This document shows, in pieces, positions 15,989-25,361 of a stretch of 32,000 nucleotides of DNA (positions are counted from its first letter, which is position 1; each line of letters starts with the position of its first letter). The notes below the pieces were generated by a model, which was given only the letters and a program-made list of their open reading frames with translations, had not been told where the DNA came from and did not search any database. This DNA comes from Opitutia bacterium KCR 482 (GTDB taxonomy: Bacteria > Verrucomicrobiota > Verrucomicrobiia > Opitutales > Intestinicryptomonadaceae). The position numbers were made by a program, and so were the translations under genes. Where the stretch lies: contig CP149973.1 in the NCBI GenBank assembly GCA_029269845.2, positions 1,170,001-1,202,000 on the forward strand. The letters are read 5' to 3'.

Positions 15989-16822
15989 TCAGTGCTCCCT
16001 GAGGTATTTCAGATTTTTTTCAATAATCGGGAAGGAATCCCTGTATGTGCCGTCCTCTATCACGAAAAATCCGTCGAAGCCCTGCGAATCCACCTCTTTC
16101 AGAATCGCCTCCATGTCGAGAACGCCCTCGCCGTAGACCGCGCAACCGCTTTTGAGGTCGCCGAATTTCTGCTGGTCTTTGAGGTGTATTTCGATGAGCT
16201 TGCCGCGCACGCTCTTGAAACCGCCCACGACATCAAGCCCCGATCGCGACCACGCGCCGTTGTCGGCGCAAATGCCCACGTTTTTGTAGTCTTTGAGGAT
16301 AGTCATCAGGAACGCGGGGTCGAAGTGGCGGTAGGCGGGGTTGTCGGGCTTGCGCTCGTGCGAATGCAATGCCATTTGCAGTCCGTACTCGGCGCAGATT
16401 TTGTTCCAAATCGGAATGGTGTCCTCCATAGCCTCGGTGACGACGGTCCTTGCGCCCATTTCAGCCGCGAACTCGCAAACCTTGCGGATATCGGCTTCGG
16501 TCTTGCCACCCACGCAGCCGTACGAAACCATCTGAATGCCGTTGTCGGCGAGAAGTTTTTTTGCGAACGCCTTTTGCTCGGCGGTCATGTTGTGGCTGAA
16601 TTTTGCGTTGGGCAGTTTGTCGGAAAGAGACTGGCCGGGGTAGCATTCAACATACTTCACGCCCATCTTCGCCAATCGTTCGACGGAATAGTCGAATTTG
16701 TGGAAGTGCGTAGACCACATCTGAACCGCAATCTTGCGCGGCCGTTTTGTTTCGGCCGACATGCACGAGCAAAGCGCGAAAACCGCCGAAACCGCCGTCA
16801 AGACAAAGAGTAATTTTTTCAT
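15989..16822 (-). CDS. Exported sugar phosphate isomerase/epimerase family protein (xylose isomerase-like TIM barrel), paralog 1
   Basis: Signal peptide MKKLLFVLTAVSAVFALCSC. Clearly paralogous to 16974..17804 and 18265..19086 (shared KKLLADNGI, ALH(S/N)H and LHFKD/IHLKD motifs). Confidence 0.85.
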   Translation of the reverse strand: MKKLLFVLTAVSAVFALCSCMSAETKRPRKIAVQMWSTHFHKFDYSVERLAKMGVKYVECYPGQSLSDKLPNAKFSHNMTAEQKAFAKKLLADNGIQMVSYGCVGGKTEADIRKVCEFAAEMGARTVVTEAMEDTIPIWNKICAEYGLQMALHSHERKPDNPAYRHFDPAFLMTILKDYKNVGICADNGAWSRSGLDVVGGFKSVRGKLIEIHLKDQQKFGDLKSGCAVYGEGVLDMEAILKEVDSQGFDGFFVIEDGTYRDSFPIIEKNLKYLREH

Positions 16823-16916
16823 GGTAGCAGTCTACAAAACCGGCGCGGGGAATCAAGGCCAAACGTCGCGAACGGTGGAAAAGTCAAAATAGTGAAAGGA
16901 CGCGGCTACAGAGCAC

Positions 16917-16942
16917 AAAAAAGGCGCGGAATCGACCGCGCC
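16917..16942 (-). terminator. Rho-independent terminator after the 16974..17804 gene
   Basis: Read on the minus strand: GGCGCGG-TCGATT-CCGCGCC followed by T6. Confidence 0.7.
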
Positions 16943-16973
16943 CGAAATTTCGAAAGCCGAAGCGAAAGGATTT

Positions 16974-17804
16974 TTAGTGCGAGCGCAAGTACTCCACGCA
17001 CTCTTTGACTTCCGCGAGGTTGTTCGCAAAATTGTCCTCGTACTCAATCATGAAGTAGCCGTCGTATTTCTGGCGGTCGAGTTCCGCCAAGAGCGCGGGC
17101 AGGTCGAGAACGCCCTTGCCGTATGGAACGGTCTTCGCTTTGAGGTCGTCGAACTTGCTCATGTCCTTGAAGTGGAGCATTGCGATTTTCCCCTCCAAAA
17201 TCTTGTACGCCGCGACGCCCTGAATGCCCGAACGCGCGTAGTGCCCGTTGTCGGGGCATGCGTAGACGTTTTTATAGTCGCCGATTGCCGCGCGGGTGAT
17301 GTTCGGGTTGAAGTAGGAGTTGCGCTTTACGATGTCGGAAGCGTGGTTGTGGAGAGCCATTTTCAGACCGTACTGCTGGCAGTATTTGTCCCATAGCCCG
17401 ATTGTGCTGCCGACGGATTCCGTCAGAATCAGCGGAATGTCGAACTCTTTTGCGAATTCGCACATTTCCTTGATTTTCGCCTCTTCCGTGGGAGTGCGCA
17501 CGCCGAAGCTTGCGATTTTTATGCCGTTGTCGGCAAGAAGCTTTTTCAGATACGCCTTCTGCTCGGCATTCATCTCGGGCCCCGTCTTGACCTTCGGGAA
17601 TTTTGCGCTAAGCGCGGTGCTCGAAAGCCCGATTGCGTCCACCCCCATGTCTTTGAGAAGCGGAATAACCTCGTCGAGATTGCGCTTGTAGAACGTGAAC
17701 ATTGCCACGCCCACTTTGCGTTGCGGTTTTGTTTCCCCCTGCTTGCTCGGACAGCACCCGAACATAAGCAGAGCAGCCATCATGTATATCAATACTCTCT
17801 TCAT
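16974..17804 (-). CDS. Exported sugar phosphate isomerase/epimerase family protein (xylose isomerase-like TIM barrel), paralog 2
   Basis: ATG at 17804 gives MKRVLIYMMAALLMFGCC. The track start at 17825 is a GTG. Confidence 0.85.
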   Translation of the reverse strand: MKRVLIYMMAALLMFGCCPSKQGETKPQRKVGVAMFTFYKRNLDEVIPLLKDMGVDAIGLSSTALSAKFPKVKTGPEMNAEQKAYLKKLLADNGIKIASFGVRTPTEEAKIKEMCEFAKEFDIPLILTESVGSTIGLWDKYCQQYGLKMALHNHASDIVKRNSYFNPNITRAAIGDYKNVYACPDNGHYARSGIQGVAAYKILEGKIAMLHFKDMSKFDDLKAKTVPYGKGVLDLPALLAELDRQKYDGYFMIEYEDNFANNLAEVKECVEYLRSH

Positions 17805-17850
17805 ACGTTTGAGATATTGAACCACCCCAGCCTAAAAAATCAAGCCTAAA

Positions 17851-18247
17851 GCAGGCTGCAGCCTGCACGGCGTCGGAACTTCGTTCCTTTCTGTGATAAT
17901 GCGGCGCGGGTATACCCGCGCCTTTCCCCGTTTAGTCCGTATTGGCTTCGCCAATTACTGGCGTTGGGATTATTTTATGTTGGGAAGAAACGAATTAAAA
18001 TAGACGCGCTTTGCGCGGATAAATAAAAAACGGAAAACCTAAAACAAAGGTTCTCCGCTAACTCATTAACTAAACTTTTATCCCAGTGCACCCTAAAAAA
18101 CTTCGTGCGCCAGCACTCACTTATTAGGCGCGTCAAAATGCTTTCATAAGGGTGGCTTTCCTGTGCACGCAGGGCGCGTGGCGTACTTGACGTACGCGAG
18201 CGGTCTGCGGGTACAGGGAAACGCCCTTAGGGAAGTATTTTCACGCG
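17851..18247. repeat. Copy B of the ~396-nt hairpin-dense repeat
   Basis: Collinear with 3201-3596 in the same orientation. The flanking sequences are unrelated. Confidence 0.7.
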
Positions 18248-18264
18248 CCGTCTCGCGCCGTATC

Positions 18265-19086
18265 TTAATGGTTGCGCAGATAGTTCAGACACTCCTTGAC
18301 TTCCGCCAAGTTGTCTTCGAACTTTGTTTCGTACTCAATGATAAAGAAGCCCTTGTATCCCTGTCTGTCGAGCTCGGCGAGCATGCCCTTTGTGTCGAGA
18401 ACGCCCTTGCCGTAGACGGCGGGTTTGTTCTTTGCGCAGATTTCGGACAAATCCTTGAAGTGGACAGACGAGATTTTACCTTCGTAGGTTTTGAGGGCGT
18501 CAATCGGGTTTATGCCCGCGCGCGCCATGTGCCCGACGTCGGGGTTCATCTTGACGAATTCATAGTCTTTCACGAGCGGGAAAATATACGCGGGGTTCCA
18601 ATATTTGTTCGGGCCGTTGTGGTTGTGGATGCCCATTGTCACGCCGTACTTTTTGCCGACCTTTTCCCAAACGGGGAAAAGCCCTACGGGGCATTCGGTT
18701 AAAACGCGGTCGCAACCGAATTCCTTAACGAATTTGCAGAGGTCTTCGATTTCCTTTTCGTTGTTGGCGTACGCCACGCCGAAGCTTACGAGTTTGAGGT
18801 TCGCGTCTTTGAAGAGCTTTTTCATGAACGCCTTTTGCTCTTCGGTCATGTACTGGTTTGTGAGCACTCCGGGGAATTTGTCGCTGAGGCGCTGCTTGGG
18901 GTAGCACTCGACGCCGTCGAGACCCAAGTCTTTGACTTTATTGACGGCTTCCTCCAAGGTGAACTTGTTGAAAGTGTACATCTGCACCGCGACGTTGCGG
19001 TGTTTGGGTTGTTGTTCGGTTTTTTCGGACGACGCGCAGCCGAAAAGCAGCGTCGCCATTGCGAGTAAAGCGATAATTTTTTTCAT
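18265..19086 (-). CDS. Exported sugar phosphate isomerase/epimerase family protein (xylose isomerase-like TIM barrel), paralog 3
   Basis: Internal ATG at 19086 gives MKKIIALLAMATLLFGCASS, a lipobox-like LFGC. The track extension to 19227 adds a non-signal leader. Confidence 0.85.
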   Translation of the reverse strand: MKKIIALLAMATLLFGCASSEKTEQQPKHRNVAVQMYTFNKFTLEEAVNKVKDLGLDGVECYPKQRLSDKFPGVLTNQYMTEEQKAFMKKLFKDANLKLVSFGVAYANNEKEIEDLCKFVKEFGCDRVLTECPVGLFPVWEKVGKKYGVTMGIHNHNGPNKYWNPAYIFPLVKDYEFVKMNPDVGHMARAGINPIDALKTYEGKISSVHFKDLSEICAKNKPAVYGKGVLDTKGMLAELDRQGYKGFFIIEYETKFEDNLAEVKECLNYLRNH

Positions 19087-19228
19087 ACGGGTAGAAAAAA
19101 TGGCGTCGGGACGCAACTCTTGCAAGGCAATTTTGTCGAAACTGAAAAAAAATGCTTCACAAAACTGGAAAAAATCGAAAGATTGGAATCTACTTTTAGC
19201 AATCCATATAACAACAAAAAAAGGCACA

Positions 19229-20185
19229 ATGATGGACAGAAGACAATTCGCAAAGACGGCACTCGCGGCGGCGGCAACGGCAACATTCGCAAAGGGGGCG
19301 TTCGCGGCGGCGGACCCGAAGTCGATAGCATCGTCGACCGCGCCCTACAAATGCAAATTCTCGCCGAACCTCGGGCACTGCAAGGCGTCCACACAGGGGC
19401 TTTCGGAAGTCGACAAAATCAAGTTCTTCTACGACTGCGGCTTCCGCGGGCTCGAAGACAACGGCATGCCCAACCGCAAGGTCGAAATTCAGGAGGCGAT
19501 GGCGAAGCAGATGTCGAAGCTCGGCATGGAAATGGGCGTATTCGTCGCGCACGCCGAATGGAAAAACGCGTCGATGACGGGCAACAGGCTCGACCTTAGC
19601 AAACGCGTTGTAGACAAAAAGGCATGCCGCGCCTACTGGAAGGAAAAAATGGAAAAAGCTGTGGAAGTCGGCAAGCGCGTCAACGCGAAATGGTGCACGG
19701 TTGTCCCCGGACTCGAAGACCCGATGGTCGAACCCGAATACCAGTTTGCGAACGTCGTCGAACACCTCAAATGGTGCGCGGAAATCGTGGAAAAGGCGGG
19801 GCTGATTATCGTGCTTGAACCCCTCAACATCAAGAACCACCCCAGCCTCTGGCTCAAACGCATTCCGCAGGCGTACGCGCTCTGCAAGGCGGTCGGCAGC
19901 CCGAACGTCAAGATTCTCGACGACCTCTACCACCAGCAGATTACCGAGGGCAACCTCATCATGAACATCGACGCCGCGTGGGACGAAATTGCATACTTCC
20001 AGCTCGGCGACGTTCCGGGGCGCAAAGAACCGCTCACGGGCGAAATCAACTTCAAAAACGTATTCCAGCACATTTGGAACAAGGGCTACCGCGGAATCAT
20101 CGGCATGGAACACGGACAGAGCGACAGAACCGCCGCGGGCGACAAGAAACTGCTCGACGCCTACCGCGCAGTGGACGTCGCATAG
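19229..20185 (+). CDS. Tat-exported xylose isomerase-like TIM-barrel protein (hydroxypyruvate isomerase-like)
   Basis: Internal ATG at 19229 gives MMDRRQFAKTALAAAATATFAKGAFA, which contains the twin-arginine motif RRQFAK. Confidence 0.85.
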   Translation: MMDRRQFAKTALAAAATATFAKGAFAAADPKSIASSTAPYKCKFSPNLGHCKASTQGLSEVDKIKFFYDCGFRGLEDNGMPNRKVEIQEAMAKQMSKLGMEMGVFVAHAEWKNASMTGNRLDLSKRVVDKKACRAYWKEKMEKAVEVGKRVNAKWCTVVPGLEDPMVEPEYQFANVVEHLKWCAEIVEKAGLIIVLEPLNIKNHPSLWLKRIPQAYALCKAVGSPNVKILDDLYHQQITEGNLIMNIDAAWDEIAYFQLGDVPGRKEPLTGEINFKNVFQHIWNKGYRGIIGMEHGQSDRTAAGDKKLLDAYRAVDVA

Positions 20186-20213
20186 GCGGCGATTCCAAGC
20201 AGGCGTTTTCATG

Positions 20214-20248
20214 GGCGGACTTCCCCGTTGCGGGAAGCCGCCTTTTTT
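20214..20248 (+). terminator. Rho-independent terminator
   Basis: GGCGG-A-CTTCCC, a 6-nt loop, then GGGAAG-CCGCC followed by T6. Confidence 0.7.
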
Positions 20249-20404
20249 GTTCCGCGCAACCGCCCCGCCCGCCGCACAATTTTGAGCAATAAACAAAAAT
20301 TAGCTTGAAGTCGGCGCGCCATTTTTTTACATGTTTATATTTCAACAAAGAACGCGCGGAACGCCCGCCGTTCGGGAAAACACTGTTATCAACTGCTATC
20401 TATT

Positions 20405-22594
20405 ATGAGAAAGAAACTGCCGACACTCGCGGCGGCGTTGCTCTTCGCCGCCCTGCCCGCGCTGGGCAACATGGAAACGGTTTTCGAGGAAGACTTCGAA
20501 AATCCCGAAACGAGCAAATTCGCGGAAGTCGCAAAATTCGAGCCTGAAATCGCCACGGAAGTCGCGGGCAGCAAGGCGATATCGGGCAACGGCTCGATGA
20601 TGTTCGACACGCGCGGAAAAAACTGGGGCTGGCAATCTATATGCACCATTCCGCTGAACAAGGAGGGAATTTACAGACTCTCGCTAACATGCAAACTGCT
20701 CGAAACCGAAAATAACAAACACGTGGCAGTCGCAGTCGCCATGCGCGAAATCAAGAACGGGGAAAAGACGCGCATCTCCGCCCGCTGGATTCAGAAAGAC
20801 AACAAAAAGGACCATAAAAAAGCGCAGAGAATAGAAGTCGCCGGCAGGCTTCCGTCAAATTCGGGCGAATTCGACATCGTCGCCGAGCGCGGAATTAAAA
20901 TCGAAATCGACGACATCAAAATCGAAAAATTCACCGCCGACCCCAAGGGCGCGTGGATGTTCGACAACGACGCGTTCATCGGCATGACATTCACGCCCGC
21001 CAACCCCGAATTCCACAACTTCAAGGAGAAATTCCTGAACTACTCGAAGGAGGAGTTCTTCCCGTTCATCGACAAGTACGGACAATTCAAACACAAAGAC
21101 TGGATTGACAAAATCACCTGCGACGAAGACTTCGCAAAACGCATGGAGGCGGAAAAGAAGTTCTACAAGAAAATCGGAAAAATCCCCAACCGCGACCAGT
21201 TCTGCGGGCTCGTTCGGGAAGACCAAAAATACGAAGCTACGGGGCACTTCCGCGTGCAGAAAATCGACGGCAAATGGTGGTTTATCGACCCCGAGGGCAA
21301 CCTGTTCTGGTCGTTCGGCATAACCTGCGTCGGCAACCTCGACCTCACGCCGATTACCGACCGCGAATCGTACTTCGAAGACGTCTCCGACAAACGCTTC
21401 ATGAAAAAATCGAACTGGGGACTGCACTACTATAAAGACAAAGTTTACGACTCCTACGGATTCCTCGAACGCAACCTCGTGGCGAAATACGGCGACAATT
21501 ACAGGGAAGTTTACGGAGACGTCTCCGACGAGCGCATGCGCATGTGGGGCTTCACAACCTACGGGTGCTGGTCGCAACACTACATCATAAGCAGGGGCAA
21601 CTTCCCGTTCACGGCGATTGCGACGTCGGGCAAGGCGGAAAGCTTCAAGACCGACGTAAAAATACACGCATATTGGCGCGACTTCCCCGACTTCTTTACG
21701 CCCAATTTCGAGGAAAACACCTTCAAACGCGTAGCGCAGCTTTCCAAACTCATAAACATGCCCGCATGCGTCGGCGTGTTCGTGGACAACGAACTTCCGT
21801 GGCAGTTCAAGCCGCTGACGACAATCAGGGCGCTGCTCGGCTGCCCCGCGACACAGTATTCGAAAATCGAATTCCGCAAGGATTTGGAGGCTAAATACGG
21901 CACAATCGAAAAACTCAACGAAGCGTGGAACGCAAAATACGCAAGCTGGGACGACTTCCTCGCCAAGCGCGACTTCTTCCCGAGAACAAAGGCGGGCGAA
22001 ACCGACATGCTCGCATTCGAGGAGAAAATCTACGTCCGCTACTTCAAGACCTGCCGCGACGCAGTAAAGGCGGCGGCTCCGAATACGCTGTATCTCGGCT
22101 GCCGCTTCGCGTGGAGAAATACGCTTGTAGAGAAGGTCGCCTCGCGCTACTGCGACGTCATCAGCTACAATGTATACTCCGACAACATTACAGCATTCTC
22201 GCCCGTGAAGGGCTGCGAAGACAAACCGTCGCTCATCGGCGAATTCCACTTCGGGAACACCGACAAGGGCGTGTACGGCGGCGGGCTCAATCCGCGCGTG
22301 ACGGTCGAAGCCCGCAAAAAGGCGTTCGAAAACTACGCAATCAGCGCATTCGAAAACCCGAATGTCGTGGGAGCGCACTGGTTCCAATGGTTCGACCTTT
22401 GCACGGCGGGACGCTTCAACGCAGCAAACTACGCAATCGGCTTCGTGGACATCTGCGACACGCCCGACTACGTGATAGTGAAAGCCGCCCGCAAGCTCTC
22501 GCAAAAGATGTATAAACTAAGACTCAAAGGCGGACAAAGCACAACCCAGAGCGTGGAATCGACAAAAGCCGTCATCGACCTCGACGAAAAATAA
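20405..22594 (+). CDS. Exported TIM-barrel glycoside hydrolase, paralog of 9034..11079
   Basis: Signal peptide MRKKLPTLAAALLFAALPALG. Shared blocks include FFPFIDKYGQFK, ATGHFRVQK(I/V)DGKWW, FVDNE, IGEFHFG and CTAGRF. Confidence 0.85.
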   Translation: MRKKLPTLAAALLFAALPALGNMETVFEEDFENPETSKFAEVAKFEPEIATEVAGSKAISGNGSMMFDTRGKNWGWQSICTIPLNKEGIYRLSLTCKLLETENNKHVAVAVAMREIKNGEKTRISARWIQKDNKKDHKKAQRIEVAGRLPSNSGEFDIVAERGIKIEIDDIKIEKFTADPKGAWMFDNDAFIGMTFTPANPEFHNFKEKFLNYSKEEFFPFIDKYGQFKHKDWIDKITCDEDFAKRMEAEKKFYKKIGKIPNRDQFCGLVREDQKYEATGHFRVQKIDGKWWFIDPEGNLFWSFGITCVGNLDLTPITDRESYFEDVSDKRFMKKSNWGLHYYKDKVYDSYGFLERNLVAKYGDNYREVYGDVSDERMRMWGFTTYGCWSQHYIISRGNFPFTAIATSGKAESFKTDVKIHAYWRDFPDFFTPNFEENTFKRVAQLSKLINMPACVGVFVDNELPWQFKPLTTIRALLGCPATQYSKIEFRKDLEAKYGTIEKLNEAWNAKYASWDDFLAKRDFFPRTKAGETDMLAFEEKIYVRYFKTCRDAVKAAAPNTLYLGCRFAWRNTLVEKVASRYCDVISYNVYSDNITAFSPVKGCEDKPSLIGEFHFGNTDKGVYGGGLNPRVTVEARKKAFENYAISAFENPNVVGAHWFQWFDLCTAGRFNAANYAIGFVDICDTPDYVIVKAARKLSQKMYKLRLKGGQSTTQSVESTKAVIDLDEK

Positions 22595-22633
22595 TCCCCA
22601 AGGCAGCCACACAAATTTTCCACCAAACAAAAA

Positions 22634-22660
22634 CGTCCGATTTTCATCGGACGTTTTTTT
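22634..22660 (+). terminator. Rho-independent terminator
   Basis: CGTCCGAT-TTTC-ATCGGACG followed by T7. Confidence 0.8.
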
Positions 22661-22778
22661 CGCCTTTTGCAGAAACGATAGCCTGCAAAATACAGGCGAA
22701 TTGAACAATGAAAGCCCAAAACGCAATCCGCGCACAAAAAGCTTTATGTAAAAGTGAAAAATCTTATAGATTTTCCGC

Positions 22779-23162
22779 ATGAAAATAGACCATGTCGCAA
22801 TTTTTGTTAGGAATTTAGAGGCTACTAAAAATTTCTACGTTAAATATTTCAACGCCGCCGTAAACAATAAGTACCGCAACAACAAGACTTTGCTTGAAAC
22901 CTATTTTCTCTCCTTCGACTCCGGAACGCGGCTTGAAATAATGTCGCGCCCCGACTTATTTGAAGGCTCAAATGAATTATTAAGAACGGGATTGATTCAT
23001 CTTTCCTTCAAACTTGGCTCGGAAAAATTAGTTGATTCAAAAGTAAAACAACTGGAATCGGACGGATACAAAATTATCAGCAATCCCCGCACAACAGGCG
23101 ACGGCTATTACGAAGCATGTGTTTCCGACAATGAAGGCAATTTCATTGAAATCATTGCATAG
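22779..23162 (+). CDS. VOC-family (glyoxalase/bleomycin-resistance/dioxygenase fold) protein
   Basis: MKIDHVAIFVRNLEATKNFY is a typical VOC N-terminus. The protein is 127 aa and the gene is visibly AT-richer than its neighbours. Confidence 0.8.
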   Translation: MKIDHVAIFVRNLEATKNFYVKYFNAAVNNKYRNNKTLLETYFLSFDSGTRLEIMSRPDLFEGSNELLRTGLIHLSFKLGSEKLVDSKVKQLESDGYKIISNPRTTGDGYYEACVSDNEGNFIEIIA

Positions 23163-23340
23163 CTCCATTCCCCGCAACCACAGCATTAGCGCGCCCGCGC
23201 AGTTGTCTTCGGCGGGCTTGCCGTTTTTACTTTGACAATATCGGCATGCGTTCAATAGAATCTAATTTAATTTGGATAGTGGCGATGGCGCATTTTAATG
23301 CTTGGCGCAAAACCGAAGGCAATCGGCAAAAACTCTATAT

Positions 23341-23844
23341 ATGATAAACAAAAGGCTCTCAAAAATATCCGTTGGCGCAATAACGGCATCGGTCATTCTG
23401 CTCGCACTGGCTCATACTTCATATGCAAGAAATGCCGACGAAATAAAGCCGCAAAGCATTTGCGCGGCGTCGGGGAAGCCCTATCAAAAAGCAATTAAAA
23501 CCGATTCCGGAAGCGTGCAAGCGTGGATTCTATCGGGCAAGGCTGACGAATCTGTTGAAATGACGCTCAAAGAAGCACCCGAAGGATTCCGCGGTCTCAG
23601 AATAGAAATTGAAACAGCTCCGCTCGAAAATGCAGACGCGTCGAAAGAGAACGTTTACAGAGCCGTATCTTACCAGATAGACCCGACGTCGGGAAAGGAA
23701 ACAAACAAAATCAAAAGCCCGTTCGTAAGGGGAAAGATATCAGGCACTCCGTTTAAGGGCAAAAAAATGGAGTTGGAATCATGCTATCCGGCAAAAGCGG
23801 GCTTAGCAGTTAAAATAAGAATCGAGCGCTTGTACCGTAAGTAA
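23341..23844 (+). CDS. Secreted hypothetical protein (167 aa)
   Basis: ATG at 23341 gives a signal peptide ending LLALAHTSYA. The gene is AT-rich. Confidence 0.6.
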   Translation: MINKRLSKISVGAITASVILLALAHTSYARNADEIKPQSICAASGKPYQKAIKTDSGSVQAWILSGKADESVEMTLKEAPEGFRGLRIEIETAPLENADASKENVYRAVSYQIDPTSGKETNKIKSPFVRGKISGTPFKGKKMELESCYPAKAGLAVKIRIERLYRK

Positions 23845-23958
23845 AGATAGAAAAGGGTAATGGGAATGTTTGAAACGGGGGAATGGGAAAAGGGTTGGAT
23901 TGGTTGTAATCGCGCGACGGTGGGTACGGTTTTTTTGTGTTTTTCGTAATCGGCCGCG

Positions 23959-24039
23959 TTCGGCGAAAGGATTGCCGTTTTCTTGCCGCGGCTTGGCGGA
24001 AGGGTTGCCGCCCTCTTGCCGCAATTTGGCGGAAGTTTG
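23959..24039. repeat. Short tandem repeat, about 2.5 copies, period 33-34 nt
   Basis: TTCGGCGAAAGGATTGCCGTTTTCTTGCCGCGGC, then TTGGCGGAAGGGTTGCCGCCCTCTTGCCGCAAT, then TTGGCGGAAG. Confidence 0.7.
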
Positions 24040-24149
24040 TTTTTTTTAGTGAGCCGCGGAGGTTCGGCGGGGGTACCGTTTTCAAAAGGGTTGCTTGCGC
24101 CTCGCGGTGTTTTTTCGTCCGCCCTCCGCGTGTGTTGCGGTTGTCGCGT

Positions 24150-25361
24150 CTATCGCGAAATCAGCCACTCGATGCGCGAGACGAAATCCTCGCAGTCGGG
24201 TTGGTTGTCGTTGCCGAGCGTCAGCGTCCGCGTGCCCGTCGCAAGGTCTATCGACTCCGACTGCACCTGCGCGTCGATTCCCGCGAGGTTGTCGCGGCTG
24301 TCCGCAATATTCAGGCGTTTACCCGCGTAGCGCATCCGCAGGTTGCGGTCGAAGAGCACAACGCTGCCCGTGTATTTGTCGCGGTTGACAATCGACTTCA
24401 ACTGCGCGAGCAGCCCCTGCGCGTCGACCGTTTTATTCGAAAAATTGTCGTCGGAAATGTCTATCGAAACGACCACCACGTTGCGCTGATTCGCCGAAAC
24501 TCCCTCGGCGGCGCAGTCGTCGAAGCCTTTGTAGTGCAGCCACGAACCCGTGCCGCCCGTCGTATTGCCCGTCTTGTTTTTGACGAGTCGCAGAATCACG
24601 CGCCGTTTGCGCTTGATGTCCTTTGTAAGAGAAATGTCGGTGCATATGCCGACGGGCACGCTCACGACTGCGCACTTTTGCGCCGCCTTAATCGAGAGCG
24701 TCGGCTTGTCGGCCGAGTAGTCGAAGGCGGACATCAGTTCGGGGTGCCACTTTGCGATGCTCGAAAAAATATCGGCGAACATTGGCGACTCCTTTTCCTC
24801 GTACGGAAGGAGGAGCTGCGAGTCGAAGTCGATGCCCGATTCGGGAATGTCGAAGAGCGCGGCGTTGTCGGTTTTAGCGAACGCCGCCAACACGTCATTT
24901 TTGAAGAACTGCTCCGCCGACCAGCTTTCATACTGCGGTTCCTCGTACTGCACCGGTCCGCCCGTGGAGCTCCACCAGTACTCGGTTTTTTTCCCGAAAA
25001 GCTGGACTTTCGTGAGGTCGCGGACGTTCGGAATGTTGCCGATTAGAATCGGCGGGAACCACGAATTTTGGTACGGAGTGGATTCGAACACGTCCCAGAA
25101 GCCTTTTGCGGAGAAGTTCACGGAGTCGCCGTTTGCCGATTTGCCGACGGTCGGCTCTTGGAGAAAGCCCGCGAAAATCCGCGCGTCGCCGTCGAAGACC
25201 TCGACGCGTGTTTCCGCGTCGCGCCAAGCGTTGCGGAAGCCGAGCTTGGGCGTGGAGAACGAAAATTCGTCCGCCGCGAAGCTGTTGAACGTGAGCATTG
25301 CCGACTCGCAGCCCCATTGGGGGAGAGTCCGTTTTTCGCCGCCTATTTTAAGAGTCGTCAT
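24150..25361 (-). CDS. Phage tail protein downstream of the tape measure gene (distal-tail or hub/gpD-like)
   Basis: The start overlaps the tape measure stop (ATGA at 25358-25361). The N-terminal region pattern and the gene's position fit a Dit/hub protein. The family call is positional. Confidence 0.6.
   Translation of the reverse strand: MTTLKIGGEKRTLPQWGCESAMLTFNSFAADEFSFSTPKLGFRNAWRDAETRVEVFDGDARIFAGFLQEPTVGKSANGDSVNFSAKGFWDVFESTPYQNSWFPPILIGNIPNVRDLTKVQLFGKKTEYWWSSTGGPVQYEEPQYESWSAEQFFKNDVLAAFAKTDNAALFDIPESGIDFDSQLLLPYEEKESPMFADIFSSIAKWHPELMSAFDYSADKPTLSIKAAQKCAVVSVPVGICTDISLTKDIKRKRRVILRLVKNKTGNTTGGTGSWLHYKGFDDCAAEGVSANQRNVVVVSIDISDDNFSNKTVDAQGLLAQLKSIVNRDKYTGSVVLFDRNLRMRYAGKRLNIADSRDNLAGIDAQVQSESIDLATGTRTLTLGNDNQPDCEDFVSRIEWLISR

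Noticed and set aside
23286-23302. Sigma-54-like promoter TGGCGC-N7-TGCT upstream of the secreted-protein gene.
   Set aside because: The GG-to-GC spacing is 11 nt rather than the required 10. The -12 element is TGCT rather than TTGCA/T. The only bEBP-like regulator in the window lacks GAFTGA.
23810-24085. 91-aa highly basic minus-strand ORF (FRQIAARGRQPFRQAAARKRQSFRR...).
   Set aside because: Its internal repeat is simply the translation of the 33-nt DNA tandem repeat. It has no RBS and no recognisable fold.
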